Below, in pieces: positions 34,815-45,834 of a stretch of 64,000 nucleotides of DNA. How positions within the stretch are numbered: position 1 is the stretch's first letter; each line of letters opens with the position of its first letter. The stretch lies in IMG/VR virus record IMGVR_UViG_3300022555_000032, positions 21,428 through 85,427 of that record; one strand, 5' to 3'. This DNA comes from a virus. Lineage: Duplodnaviria > Caudoviricetes. The translations under genes were made by a program, and so were the position numbers. The notes beneath the pieces are model-generated. The model saw only the letters and a list, made by a program, of their open reading frames with translations, had not been told where the DNA came from and searched no databases.

Positions 34815-37800
34815 TCTTTAAAGATACCTTTAGATTCTCGCCAGTAATCTATGAACATGATCTTCCACACAAGGAGGATTATTTTCATATTACACCGGAT
34901 GGTATCAATAAGGAGATAATTTCTAATAGTGTTGTTGATTCTATATGGTGGAACAAACAGAAAGATCGTTGTCTTAACGGTTACTATGTCGATGATGCTA
35001 TTGATAAAGGTGGAGATGCCCTTGTCGATGGAATAGATGCGATATGGACGGGGAACGATTGTTACCTGCCAGAATACGATGTCCGGATCATCAACAGGCG
35101 TGTATGGATCTCTGGAAGGCTTTATTTCTATCTTAACTTTTGGCCCATTTACGGTCTTAAGCTTGGTGCCAGGTTCAAGGACTTGATCAATCCTAAATTC
35201 CTAATGCTTGACTTTCTCTTTGCCTCAAGAGTAGAACAGTGTTTCGCTCAGATGAAGGATATGGAAGAGGCTAAGGCAAGACAGTTAGGTTTCTCTGAGA
35301 AGATAGCTGGTATGATGGTAGGCTATAACTATACCTTTATACCAGCGTCAGTTAATATCATTATCGGTGGTACTGAAGCTGATAGTGAACATATGTTTGA
35401 GAATACTGTTCGTGGTCTTGACTACTTAAGGAATACTCAATTCTACAAAATCAGGTCTATCAATAAGATGTCCGACCTTTTCATTAAGGCTAAGAACTTC
35501 AAGAGTGAAGTAAGGGCATTAACGGCAAAGGATAAACCCCAAGCAATTTCGCGTTATTGTTTTGGTAAGAATACTAAGGTTAGAATGTTTAATGGATCTA
35601 TTAAAAATATTCAAGACATTTTAATAGGCGATAAGTTAATGGGTATTGATTCAAAAGAACGAATTGTTAAAGATGTACATGCTGGAATAGACCAGATGTA
35701 TAAAATTTCATCAATTAAGACAGATTCTTTTATTTGTAATGCAAATCATTTATTGTATTGTTACCATAAACCAATGTTAAGAAAGAAACTAGGAAATGGT
35801 AAATATGTTCAGAATAATTTTAATTATCCAAATGTTACTAAAGTTGATGATAATCATTTTTTGATTCGTGCAGAAGATTATTATAACTCAAGTTTAACAT
35901 TTAAACGTTATTCATCAATTGAAAAATCTATTGGTATTGAATATAAAAAAAAGAAACAATTAATTGATCCATATTTTTTAGGATTATGGTTAGGTGATGG
36001 TGAAGTTGGAACATTAAGATTTACTGTTAATATTGAAGAAAAAGAAATTTTAGAATATCTAACATATTTTGCTTTTTATCATTGTTGTGAAGTTAAAATA
36101 GAACCTCCTACATTTTGTAAATTTCTTAATAGAGATTCAAAAGCATGCCGAGTAAGAATATCTTATAGAGATAGAATAGGTAAATCATATAAACCTATGA
36201 AAAACTATCTTATAGAAGAAATGAAGAAATTAAAAATACTAAGAGATAAATTCATTCCTAAAAAATATTTATTTTCTTCAAGAGATGATAGACTATTATT
36301 ACTTGCCGGATTAATAGATACAGACGGATGGAGAGTGAAAACAAAAGAAGGATTTGAACATTATGCAATTTCCCAGGTTAATAAAAAGCTTATTTACCAA
36401 ATTAAAGAACTTTGTGAAAGTCTTGGGTTTTATACCAATATAAGCGAGCCAAAATATAATGGAAACATTAATGGATATAAATCACAACCAATTTTTGAAT
36501 TATACATTAGTGGTGAAAATATTCATCATATTCCGGTTAGATTAGAAAAAAAGAAAATCAAACAACATAATTATATTAAAAATCCTCTTCATTCAGTATT
36601 TACAATAGAAAAACTTAATCAAGATAAATATTATGGAATTGAAATAGATGGTGATCAATTGTTTTTATTACAAGATTATACAATCGTTCATAACTCGCCT
36701 ACCTTAGTTGTTTATGAAGAAATTGGTAAATGGAAGAAAGGACTTATCCGTAAGACAAAGAAGTTTGTAGATATCTCCTTATGGACAGAGACAACTAAGA
36801 CAGGACTATCGGTTGATATTGGTACTGGTGGAGACATGAAGGCCGGAGCTGCAGACATGGAAAGAATGGTCTATAATCCAAAGGCTAATAACTTCGTTGA
36901 GTATAATAATCGCTGGACTAAAGAAGGAGATAACCTTGCATTATCCAAAGTAGGTCACTTCTCTCCTAAGTGGATGTATAAGATCGTTGATAAAGATGGT
37001 AATCCTCAGAAGGAAGAAAGCCTTATCAAGATCGAAGCAGAGATCCTTAATGTTCCTCCAGATGAAAGGATAACTGAAAGAGCAAACCAAGCATGCTATC
37101 TTAACGAGATGTTCCTTATCCCTGGCGGTGGATTCTTCGGTGAAGAGATCGTAGGAAACCTTAATGCTCAGAAGAGCGATATAAATACGCACAAGGACCT
37201 TAAGACCTTTGTTAAGAACTACAGATTAGAATGGATTGATAAGAGGGATATCACAAAGGGAGTTAAAGCTATCCAGGATGATGAAAAAGGATGGTGTAAG
37301 ATCCACGAACTTCCTACAACGCATAAGAAGACCGGAGAAGTAATTCAGAACCTCTACGGGGCTGCTACGGACTCCTACGACTACGATGAAGCGCTTACAT
37401 CATCATCTAAGGGATCCTGTTGGATTTATAAAAGGCTTTATAGTGCTGATCAGATCTATAGGACTTGGGTAGCTGGTTATGTTGAAAGACCTGAGACTGC
37501 AGAGGGTGGAGCTGATCTATTCTATGAGAGATGTGCTATGTTATGCGTGTTCTATCGTGCCATCAACCTTATAGAGTGGAGTAAGATAAGAATCTTTGAC
37601 TGGTTCAAAAGGAATAACCTTACCTCATACCTTAAGGAAAGACCTCAGTTTGTATTAGCCAGACTAATTAAAGATACTAAACAGGTTAATGAATATGGTA
37701 TTGATCCAGCAACTAAACCTGAATGGCTTAAATCATTAAGAGATCATCTAGCAGAACCGGAGAACATTAAGAAAGTCTATTTTGTGGACCTATTGGAAGC

Positions 37801-37993
37801 CTGGGCGAACTTTAAGTATGATCCTTCAGGTAAGAAGTACAACTGCGATATAACGATCTCTACATCGCTTAATTTGATCTTAGAAGAAGATGAAAGACTA
37901 TTGGAGATAGGAAGAGAAGAACCTGAGAATAAAAGAAGGTCTTTTCCTGTATATTCAACTGATGAAGATGGAAACTTTGCAATGTCATTCTAA
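34811..37993 (+). CDS. terL: Terminase large subunit, intein-containing
   Basis: KARQLGFSE Walker-A region, VVYEE Walker B, C-terminal RNase H-like DSYD...D motifs. Confidence 0.9.
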   Translation: MIFKDTFRFSPVIYEHDLPHKEDYFHITPDGINKEIISNSVVDSIWWNKQKDRCLNGYYVDDAIDKGGDALVDGIDAIWTGNDCYLPEYDVRIINRRVWISGRLYFYLNFWPIYGLKLGARFKDLINPKFLMLDFLFASRVEQCFAQMKDMEEAKARQLGFSEKIAGMMVGYNYTFIPASVNIIIGGTEADSEHMFENTVRGLDYLRNTQFYKIRSINKMSDLFIKAKNFKSEVRALTAKDKPQAISRYCFGKNTKVRMFNGSIKNIQDILIGDKLMGIDSKERIVKDVHAGIDQMYKISSIKTDSFICNANHLLYCYHKPMLRKKLGNGKYVQNNFNYPNVTKVDDNHFLIRAEDYYNSSLTFKRYSSIEKSIGIEYKKKKQLIDPYFLGLWLGDGEVGTLRFTVNIEEKEILEYLTYFAFYHCCEVKIEPPTFCKFLNRDSKACRVRISYRDRIGKSYKPMKNYLIEEMKKLKILRDKFIPKKYLFSSRDDRLLLLAGLIDTDGWRVKTKEGFEHYAISQVNKKLIYQIKELCESLGFYTNISEPKYNGNINGYKSQPIFELYISGENIHHIPVRLEKKKIKQHNYIKNPLHSVFTIEKLNQDKYYGIEIDGDQLFLLQDYTIVHNSPTLVVYEEIGKWKKGLIRKTKKFVDISLWTETTKTGLSVDIGTGGDMKAGAADMERMVYNPKANNFVEYNNRWTKEGDNLALSKVGHFSPKWMYKIVDKDGNPQKEESLIKIEAEILNVPPDERITERANQACYLNEMFLIPGGGFFGEEIVGNLNAQKSDINTHKDLKTFVKNYRLEWIDKRDITKGVKAIQDDEKGWCKIHELPTTHKKTGEVIQNLYGAATDSYDYDEALTSSSKGSCWIYKRLYSADQIYRTWVAGYVERPETAEGGADLFYERCAMLCVFYRAINLIEWSKIRIFDWFKRNNLTSYLKERPQFVLARLIKDTKQVNEYGIDPATKPEWLKSLRDHLAEPENIKKVYFVDLLEAWANFKYDPSGKKYNCDITISTSLNLILEEDERLLEIGREEPENKRRSFPVYSTDEDGNFAMSF
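35558..36694 (+). mobile_element. Intein with LAGLIDADG endonuclease (379 aa)
   Basis: Starts CFGKNTKVRMFNG, ends TIVHN before S+1; FLGLWLGDG and LAGLIDTDG; AT-richer than exteins. Confidence 0.95.
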
Positions 37994-38667
37994 TGGAACC
38001 TCAACCAAATAGACTTAGGCCAATCATAGTTAACGATCCTAACGATCCAAGACTAAAGGCATATCAGGATAGTTCTTATTCGGTTAAGTATGGAAATCTA
38101 TTACAAAAATTTTTAATGAATAAACCTAAGTTTCCTATTTATGCAGACTATCAAAACAAATTAAGAACTTCATTAAATCCAAATATTGAACCTATTGGAT
38201 GGTCTAAGAAATATCCTATAAACACAGAAGGAAATAGAAACATTACTCCAACTCTTGAAGCACCTATTTATAAACAACCAGTTCAAGAAGTAATATTAAA
38301 TCAAGAAGGAGATAATAGAGATTTTCAAAACAGAAGATTTATGGATACTGGTAATGGAGTTCCAATGTTATTAAGAGACAAAAGACAATTAATTAATCCT
38401 ATTGTTAATCAACAAAGAGAACCTATTGCTATTAATAAATTACAACTAATAGAAACTGAATTTGCTAAACCAGAAATAGTTCCTGATAAGATCCAATCAC
38501 AAGGAAATGGATTCTTTACTGACATGCCCGGGCAACCAGGAATAAGAGTATTCATCTCTAATGGAAGACCAGTTTATATGCAAGACTCAAAAGGTAACAG
38601 ATCATCTTATAACGCATCTAACAACTGGCAGTTACCTACTATTGAACCTAGTAAACCTCAACAATAA
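37993..38667 (+). CDS. Hypothetical protein between terL and portal
   Basis: TAATG coupling at both ends; DPRLKAYQDS motif. Confidence 0.7.
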   Translation: MEPQPNRLRPIIVNDPNDPRLKAYQDSSYSVKYGNLLQKFLMNKPKFPIYADYQNKLRTSLNPNIEPIGWSKKYPINTEGNRNITPTLEAPIYKQPVQEVILNQEGDNRDFQNRRFMDTGNGVPMLLRDKRQLINPIVNQQREPIAINKLQLIETEFAKPEIVPDKIQSQGNGFFTDMPGQPGIRVFISNGRPVYMQDSKGNRSSYNASNNWQLPTIEPSKPQQ

Positions 38668-41300
38668 TGCAAAATATAGAAGTTCGATTTGGAGAAGATA
38701 GTACCACTCAGGAAGGAAGAGAACGCATCCTTCGTACTATCATTCATAATACAGTTGATTTTGGAGGAAAGAAGAACGATCAGATCTGTTGGGATTACTA
38801 CAACAACAAACAGGATCCAAACAAATTCAACTATCTAAGGAAGGTAGGTAACTTTGAATTTCCAGCCAAGGTAAGAAGGATACCAAAGCAAAGACCTTAT
38901 ATAGATAATCTCGTTTCTCAGCAAAGTCAAAGACCCTTTGCTTTTTCTGTTTATTCAGTAGACGATGAATCGATCTCCAAGAAGTATGATGAAAAGATAA
39001 GGTCGATGATTGGTATGGCTGAAGAGAAGGCCGCTCAAGCCTATTACATGCTCACAGGACAGCTTCAATCTTTGGAACAACAAAGACAGCAGTTAATGGG
39101 CCAACTTCAACAGCAGTCTCGTAATGAAGAGGAACAGGCACAACAGCAACAACTTCAGCAACAGTTACCCCAGATAACATCTCAATTAGACTTTCTCAAA
39201 AGACAGATCACACAGGCACAATCTGTATCGCAAGACGATATGGATAAACAAGAAGAGTTCTTTAAATATAAGTATAAGGATGTCTCTGAGATCATTGCTC
39301 AAAAGTCAATGCGTTTTCTTCGTCAGGACCTTAATGTAGCCTATAAAGAAGTCCAGGGAATAAAGCATAGATGTGTTACCGGAAAAGAATATCTCTATGT
39401 AAACTATACTATTGGAAATAAACTTCCAGACTTTGAAGTACTTAATGAACAGAAGGTCTATTTACCTATTTCCGATATTGTCTATAATGCTCAGGATGGT
39501 CCTTGGGTAAGAATAGAAGAAGGACTTAGTTATGATCAGATCTTAGATAAGTTCAGCATATGGCTTGATGGAGAGGATAAGGCAGCACTTGATAAGCAAA
39601 TGCCCTATTACTCAACTACTGAGATGGGTAACTTCGTAGCTACTCAGAATGGCGCTATCATGCGTGATACACTCAAGGGTGTCTATTCCGGTTCTACGAG
39701 GGGAGCTGGTATCTATATAACCAATCGAGTCTGGTGGAGAGCGCCAAGGATCATCAAGTATAAAAAAGTACCTAGTCCTTTCGAACCTGGTAAGGAGTTA
39801 ACTCATTTCATTCCTACTACAAAGACTATCATCTTTGAATCAGATTACAACTACAATCCCAAGACTAAAGAATGGGTTAGTAAGAATAATGAAGAAGATA
39901 CCTATAAGGCCAATCAGGTAGAGACCATCAATAAGGCAAAAGGAGAATATGTAAAGAGTAAGACTGTCTATGATAGGTACTTCGGATTCTCCATTAACAA
40001 TTCCATATTCAAAGCTTTTAAGGATCCTATTCAACCAAGACCTTATAATGATCCTTCTCATGTCCTTCTTCCAGTAGTAGGTAGAATGTATAACGCCTCT
40101 ACAGATGTTCCTTATTCTCTTATCTGGAATACGATCGACCTCCAGGAGACCTACGATATCATTCATTACCATAGAGAACTTATGCTTGCCCTTTCGGGTG
40201 TAGCTGGTGTAGTAATGGATATCTCTCAGAAGCCGGAAGCAATGTCTGAAGAAGAATGGTACTATCACATGAAGCTTGGTAGATATCTTATTGAGACCGT
40301 TACTAAGACCGGAAGAAAGAACTTTGCCTTTAACCAATTCCCAAGAGTAGATATGTCTCTTACGGCATCAGTTCAGTATCTTGACCAGATGTTAAGATCA
40401 GTTGATGAGACCATGGGAATGGTAATGGGTGTTACCAGGCAACGATTAGGACAAACAGTTAATACCGATCAGGTAGGAACCTTTGAGATGTCCAGGAACC
40501 TATCTATGCTCACCACAGAGATCATCTTCAGGGAACATGATGAAACCATTAGGCAAGCGCTTACCATCTGTCTCAACCTCGCATTTAGGTACTGTTGGGA
40601 TAAGGGAGCGCTACTTCAGTTAGTCGATGATGGAATAGAACACTTCTCCATTCCTCCGGACGTACTAAATCAGATTGAATTCGTCTGTAAGATGGAGAAT
40701 AATACCCAGGAAGCCTTTAGTCTTGATGAACTAAAGAAGCTTGGTATGCAGCTATCCATGAAGGGCCAGTTAAACTTTAAAGAGTTTGTCTCTATCTATA
40801 CTTCTGATTCTGTTAGAGGTCTTGAACTGAAATTAGAGTCGTTAGCTCGTAAGGCAGAAGAGATGATGAACCTTCGTGCCGAACAAGGACAAAACGCTCA
40901 AGGACAAATTGATCAGCAAAAAGCTGAGTTTGATAAGGAACTCCTTCAGATGAAACTTGATAGTGAAGCTAAATTCAAAGAGATGTCTGCACAACTTGAT
41001 ATGGCTAAACAGGATGCTATCAATCAATTAAAAGCTAAAGAACTTGAACTTAAGGAAAAACAGTTTGAATCCGAACAGGAATTCTCCGGAATTGAACTTC
41101 AGTCTAAATCAGATCTTGAAAATCGTAAAATTGATTCAACACTAGTTATTGCCGAGATGAACCAACAGATACAGGCGGTAGCTAAGAAGATGGAATTCTT
41201 ACTTAAAAACAGAGAGATCACCAGTAACGAGACTATCAATAAGGAAAAGATCAATATGGAGGGAAGGAAGTTATCTCATGCCAATGCTAATGCTACCTAA
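38667..41300 (+). CDS. Portal protein (crAss-type)
   Basis: 877 aa, after terL, Gln-rich coiled coil and long C-terminal helix. Confidence 0.85.
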   Translation: MQNIEVRFGEDSTTQEGRERILRTIIHNTVDFGGKKNDQICWDYYNNKQDPNKFNYLRKVGNFEFPAKVRRIPKQRPYIDNLVSQQSQRPFAFSVYSVDDESISKKYDEKIRSMIGMAEEKAAQAYYMLTGQLQSLEQQRQQLMGQLQQQSRNEEEQAQQQQLQQQLPQITSQLDFLKRQITQAQSVSQDDMDKQEEFFKYKYKDVSEIIAQKSMRFLRQDLNVAYKEVQGIKHRCVTGKEYLYVNYTIGNKLPDFEVLNEQKVYLPISDIVYNAQDGPWVRIEEGLSYDQILDKFSIWLDGEDKAALDKQMPYYSTTEMGNFVATQNGAIMRDTLKGVYSGSTRGAGIYITNRVWWRAPRIIKYKKVPSPFEPGKELTHFIPTTKTIIFESDYNYNPKTKEWVSKNNEEDTYKANQVETINKAKGEYVKSKTVYDRYFGFSINNSIFKAFKDPIQPRPYNDPSHVLLPVVGRMYNASTDVPYSLIWNTIDLQETYDIIHYHRELMLALSGVAGVVMDISQKPEAMSEEEWYYHMKLGRYLIETVTKTGRKNFAFNQFPRVDMSLTASVQYLDQMLRSVDETMGMVMGVTRQRLGQTVNTDQVGTFEMSRNLSMLTTEIIFREHDETIRQALTICLNLAFRYCWDKGALLQLVDDGIEHFSIPPDVLNQIEFVCKMENNTQEAFSLDELKKLGMQLSMKGQLNFKEFVSIYTSDSVRGLELKLESLARKAEEMMNLRAEQGQNAQGQIDQQKAEFDKELLQMKLDSEAKFKEMSAQLDMAKQDAINQLKAKELELKEKQFESEQEFSGIELQSKSDLENRKIDSTLVIAEMNQQIQAVAKKMEFLLKNREITSNETINKEKINMEGRKLSHANANAT

Positions 41301-41311
41301 TACTATAACCT

Positions 41312-41509
41312 ATGCCTGCCTTAACTGTCGATGTAAGACTAATTGAACATATTGTTAAATGTCACAGAGAGAACAAGTGTAAAGATGGATGTTTATCCAA
41401 GAACGATATTGATCAGTTATCACATCTAATAGAAGTTGAGAAGAATAGACAACAAAAGAAGATCGCTAATCTAAGAAACTACAAAATCAAAAAAACTACT
41501 AACACTTAA
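41312..41509 (+). CDS. Hypothetical protein
   Basis: Small ORF after portal. Confidence 0.55.
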   Translation: MPALTVDVRLIEHIVKCHRENKCKDGCLSKNDIDQLSHLIEVEKNRQQKKIANLRNYKIKKTTNT

Positions 41510-41523
41510 CATTTTAACATCAT

Positions 41524-41531
41524 TATATTTG
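41524..41531 (+). promoter_or_regulatory. Bacteroidetes -7 element driving scaffold-capsid operon
   Basis: TATATTTG 32 nt before scaffold ATG. Confidence 0.65.
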
Positions 41532-41563
41532 CATATTATTATTAATCCTAAAGACTAAAGAAA

Positions 41564-42619
41564 ATGGAAGCAGAAGAAGTACAGAAACTAGATGAAGGTA
41601 TTGCAGCTATCTTAAACGAAGACAGTACCGATATTGTCGTTCCAGGAGCAACCGGATCACCAACTGACCCTACTCCTCCTGCAGGTAATAACGATCCACC
41701 ACCAGCTACTCCTGAGCCTATAAAGCCAGCAGATCCGGCACCAGTTAATGATGAAGTCTTATCCATTAAGGATATGGCTAGTATCTTAAAAGCAAGGGTT
41801 AGTAATGATCAGTATCAATATGAGATTCCTGATGATATTGTAACAGGAATAAATAAGGAAGGAAAGAAATTAACAAAAGATGAATTGTTTGATCGTATGC
41901 ATTCAGAGATCTTACAGTTTACTGATACTGGTGATGATGATTTCACCATGTCATATAAGAAGGCAAAAGCTGATCCTAATTTCAAGATGGATGAATTCAT
42001 AGGATCATACAATCAATCTTATTCCTTCTTGAAATTACCGGATGATGAAGTGCTATTTCAGGGTCTTAAAGCCCGGGTAGGAGAAAGTCTATCCGACCAG
42101 GACATCAAGGAACATATTGGACAAATGAGTAAGATTGATAAGGTTACTCAGGCAAAAGGAATAAGAGATGCCTACAAGACCTTTATGGATCAACAGAATA
42201 TTGCAAAACAAACTGAATCAAAGACTTTAAGAGATAAGGAAATTGTTTCCAGAAAACTTAAGGATACAACTGACCTTGATCTATTATTCAAGAAAATTTC
42301 AACTACTGATAATATAGGTGGCCTACCCCATGGCAAAGCCGAACAGGAAACCTTCAATAAAGCTTTTGCGAGCCTCTACGACATTGACTCCGAGACTGGA
42401 AAACGTCAATACGAAAAACTGTTAGAGGATCCAGAGACTTTGTATCAAGCGTTGTTTTTTATTACCAAGTTGAAAGGTGGTGAAGTTAAATCTTATCTGA
42501 GCAAGCGCTTTGAGGAATTTAAAACATCAACTATTGACAAACTAGGTATAGGACAAAGAGCATCTGACGGAACGATTGTGACTAAAACGCCACCATCTCC
42601 TGATGATTATGTCGATTAA
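41564..42619 (+). CDS. Capsid scaffolding/assembly protein
   Basis: Acidic, Pro-rich N-terminus, immediately before major capsid. Confidence 0.65.
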   Translation: MEAEEVQKLDEGIAAILNEDSTDIVVPGATGSPTDPTPPAGNNDPPPATPEPIKPADPAPVNDEVLSIKDMASILKARVSNDQYQYEIPDDIVTGINKEGKKLTKDELFDRMHSEILQFTDTGDDDFTMSYKKAKADPNFKMDEFIGSYNQSYSFLKLPDDEVLFQGLKARVGESLSDQDIKEHIGQMSKIDKVTQAKGIRDAYKTFMDQQNIAKQTESKTLRDKEIVSRKLKDTTDLDLLFKKISTTDNIGGLPHGKAEQETFNKAFASLYDIDSETGKRQYEKLLEDPETLYQALFFITKLKGGEVKSYLSKRFEEFKTSTIDKLGIGQRASDGTIVTKTPPSPDDYVD

Positions 42620-42652
42620 CAACCAATTAAATTAATTCCAAATTCTGAACAA

Positions 42653-44125
42653 ATGGGTTTATTGAGATTATTGCCTGGTCAACCGGCTGACATTGCTGGT
42701 GAATCCATTACCAGTTATTCGCTGGTAAGAAATGCGATTGCTAATCCCGATCTCCTTCCGCTTGTTTGGCAGCTCTTCAAAGATGATGAAGCACCTCTTT
42801 CTGCTCTCTTAGGCATGAAAGGACTTTATACTAAAGGCTTGCGAGACAATTCGACCATGGGGAACTACAGGGTAGTCAAATCAAACCATGTCATGTACGG
42901 TATCAAGAACACTGACCGGAGAAAGATGCACTTTGTTGCAAACTCTTCAGGTAAGACTTATGTTGATGATGCCAACGCTGTAAGTGGTAAAATTGGATAC
43001 GGAAAAGTTCCGTTCTACATTTACCTGAACTCTAACTGGGCTCGTCCTAACGAAATCATTGAACTTGGTGACAACACTACTCAGCTCTTCATCTACAACG
43101 AAGAAGAACCGAAGTATGAGGATGGTGCTTACCGTTATGAAGTAATCCTTCACTCCCGTTCAAAGGAAGACTATATGGATGCTGAATTGCTTGCTGCAGG
43201 TGCAGAAGCAGGTGTCGGTATGACCGCCTATGAACATGACTTCTCAGAAACAGGATCAGAGAAATACACATTTGATACCTGGGGCCATTCATACATGACT
43301 CTTCAGAGAGTAAAAATGTCCATCTCCGGTACTGCAGAAGCAATGGGAGAAAGCAAAGAGTGGCACATGTTCCAGAGTGCAAAAGGGAAAGATGCTCCTA
43401 CCTACGTTACCTATGCAGAGCGCGAAATGCTTCGTAGGATCGCTGAATACCACGAATACCAGGTAGTATTTGGTAAAGGATCAGTCGAAGAATCTGGCAA
43501 TGTAATCCTTCATAACAAACGTGGTCGTGAGATCATGACCGGAGACGGTATCCTTAACCAAGGCGAAGGCGCTTACGAATATCCAATGAATGGAGAATGG
43601 AATCTTCGTTTCCTTGAGAACATCATGACAGACGTTGATATCCGTTCAGGAGAAGATGGACTGAAAGAAGTTGTCCTTGGAATGGGAAAACAATCCATGA
43701 ACTCATTCACCAGGATGATGAGAAGGGAAAACTTCATTACTCTTAATCACAACATTGAAGGAACCGGAGCAACGAAAGGCGTTGTTAATACATATGGTTA
43801 CTTCGAAATGAATGATGTAAGAGTTATCCCTAAACATCTTCGTTGGATGGATGATCCAGGAAGACCTTCAAAATGGTTATCCGATGGTACTCGCAAGTCC
43901 TCATGGGATTGTGTAGCTATTCCAATCGGAACCATGCCAGGAGGCGACAGGATGATCGAACTCGTCCAGCTTCGTCCTATGGTCCAGGGAACGGTTAACG
44001 GTATGAATAAAGGTGGTGATGGTATGGCAACATCAGTTGATGGAAAGCATACTCACGTCTTGATTCAGTCCGGTGTGATCTTCCGTGGTAAGGCAATGCG
44101 GATCTTCCGTCATTTCAAATCATAG
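42653..44125 (+). CDS. Major capsid protein (crAss-type HK97 fold)
   Basis: 490 aa; PFYIYL..NW...E, YRYEV, IMTGDGIL.Q, W.DDP patterns of crAss MCP; synteny. Confidence 0.85.
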   Translation: MGLLRLLPGQPADIAGESITSYSLVRNAIANPDLLPLVWQLFKDDEAPLSALLGMKGLYTKGLRDNSTMGNYRVVKSNHVMYGIKNTDRRKMHFVANSSGKTYVDDANAVSGKIGYGKVPFYIYLNSNWARPNEIIELGDNTTQLFIYNEEEPKYEDGAYRYEVILHSRSKEDYMDAELLAAGAEAGVGMTAYEHDFSETGSEKYTFDTWGHSYMTLQRVKMSISGTAEAMGESKEWHMFQSAKGKDAPTYVTYAEREMLRRIAEYHEYQVVFGKGSVEESGNVILHNKRGREIMTGDGILNQGEGAYEYPMNGEWNLRFLENIMTDVDIRSGEDGLKEVVLGMGKQSMNSFTRMMRRENFITLNHNIEGTGATKGVVNTYGYFEMNDVRVIPKHLRWMDDPGRPSKWLSDGTRKSSWDCVAIPIGTMPGGDRMIELVQLRPMVQGTVNGMNKGGDGMATSVDGKHTHVLIQSGVIFRGKAMRIFRHFKS

Positions 44126-44158
44126 TATTTTTAAACATAATCTTTAAAATCAATTACA

Positions 44159-45016
44159 ATGATAAAGAAGCAAGAAACCCAAGAAGTAATAAGGGAGAAG
44201 ATCATTAAGATTTATTCTCTTGATAAAAGGTATCGGAGAAGTCCTTATCCATCTGTTCCAGCTGAAGATGTTCAGAATGGAACCTTTGTTACAGGACAAC
44301 ACTTCGAACCTGGAAGAGAAGGATACTATCTTACAGTAGAGGAAATGCGTGGACAGAAAGACTTGACTGCTGCAAAGCAAAAAGCTTTTCCATACGTTAT
44401 CAATCCTGACCATACGATTCAGATCGTACATGGATCTTCATTCAACCTTACTAAAGATGCTGAAGGTGGCTACAAGTATCCAAAGGATGCAGCCACATTT
44501 GCATATATCAAGCTACAAGATTATGTCGCTCCCACTAAATCCGAGTACAGAGAGGGTAAGCATTACTTCTATATTGATGATCACGAACAGAACGCAGAGA
44601 AAGTAGTATCAACCATTAACAAGGAGTTTATGGCTATGAAGTTCATCATGGATAATACCGCAAGAGAGAAGATGCGAGAAATCGCCTTACTTCTTCAGTA
44701 CTACATGAAGGGATTCACTGTAGACTTTAAGAACTGGACTGATACTATGATCATGGAGAAACTTCTTACAACGGCTAAGTCAAACCCGGGAGAGATCATG
44801 TTATGCCAAACCAAAGAGGCAGAAAATGATCTTTACATCTTGAAGTTATCCAATGCTGGTATCATCAAGCATGATAGTGATGGATTCTACGATGGTAAGA
44901 CCTTCCTGGGATCAACTTGTACTCAGGTATATTCTATGATAAAAAGCAAAGAGAACGAGGCGTTGGCCTCAAGGTATGCTACAAGTCTTTCAAAACTCAC
45001 AGAGGAAGAAAACTAA
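44159..45016 (+). CDS. Conserved crAss-like protein after MCP
   Basis: Synteny. Confidence 0.6.
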   Translation: MIKKQETQEVIREKIIKIYSLDKRYRRSPYPSVPAEDVQNGTFVTGQHFEPGREGYYLTVEEMRGQKDLTAAKQKAFPYVINPDHTIQIVHGSSFNLTKDAEGGYKYPKDAATFAYIKLQDYVAPTKSEYREGKHYFYIDDHEQNAEKVVSTINKEFMAMKFIMDNTAREKMREIALLLQYYMKGFTVDFKNWTDTMIMEKLLTTAKSNPGEIMLCQTKEAENDLYILKLSNAGIIKHDSDGFYDGKTFLGSTCTQVYSMIKSKENEALASRYATSLSKLTEEEN

Positions 45017-45021
45017 AGAAG

Positions 45022-45828
45022 ATGAACAATTTATCTTTACTTACTACAGAAGATTATTATAAGGCTACTCTCAATAGTGTACGTAAAACGCATACTGTTG
45101 TACTTGATCCTACTCAATGGAATGCTTTGATTAATCTAGCTGAACTTGAATATGTAATGAGTAAACTTCCTGAAAGGGAAATGACTCAAAAGCGTATTGA
45201 TGATCTTTCTGTACTAAGAGTCTTCACTGATGGAAAGTTTAAGTATAATGGCACACTGGTTAAACCGATTCAACCAATATTGAATTCAACCATGTTCCCT
45301 CTTCCAAAGACATCTTCATCCTATTACGATAAAACATCTGGAATGATTAAGATTGGATCAGATTATTATCCGATCTATCTTTCCGGTTGCCGTGTAGATT
45401 TTAAGATTCTTGGATCATGGGTTCCAGCTATAATGCTTTATTCTGACCTAAAGAGTTCTACAAGGACCAGTCGTTACCGTAAACCACGTATTGATAAGAT
45501 ATACTACGAAATGGCCGGAGAATTTATTACTGGTTATTTCCCTACCGGAACATCTGCAGCAGAGATGAACATTGAGTACTACACCTATCCACGTAGAGTA
45601 TTCTATGATGAATCTTGTCCTGCAGACATTGATGTTTCCTTACTAAAATCATCTCAATCAAATACTAATTTTTATCAAGCTGGTAATGGTAGCATAAATA
45701 GCATATTTGAAGAAATACAGAAGCGAGAGATAATAGATATCGCAACGAGGAACTATCTAGAGATAGTTGAATCAGCACGATACAAATCAATGCTTAATGA
45801 ATTTGCAATTAAAAACCGAAATAAATAA
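45022..45828 (+). CDS. Tail ring (adaptor) protein
   Basis: RIDDLS.L, IEY..YP, EIIDIA patterns; start moved to MNNLS. Confidence 0.6.
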   Translation: MNNLSLLTTEDYYKATLNSVRKTHTVVLDPTQWNALINLAELEYVMSKLPEREMTQKRIDDLSVLRVFTDGKFKYNGTLVKPIQPILNSTMFPLPKTSSSYYDKTSGMIKIGSDYYPIYLSGCRVDFKILGSWVPAIMLYSDLKSSTRTSRYRKPRIDKIYYEMAGEFITGYFPTGTSAAEMNIEYYTYPRRVFYDESCPADIDVSLLKSSQSNTNFYQAGNGSINSIFEEIQKREIIDIATRNYLEIVESARYKSMLNEFAIKNRNK

Positions 45829-45834
45829 TTCAAT

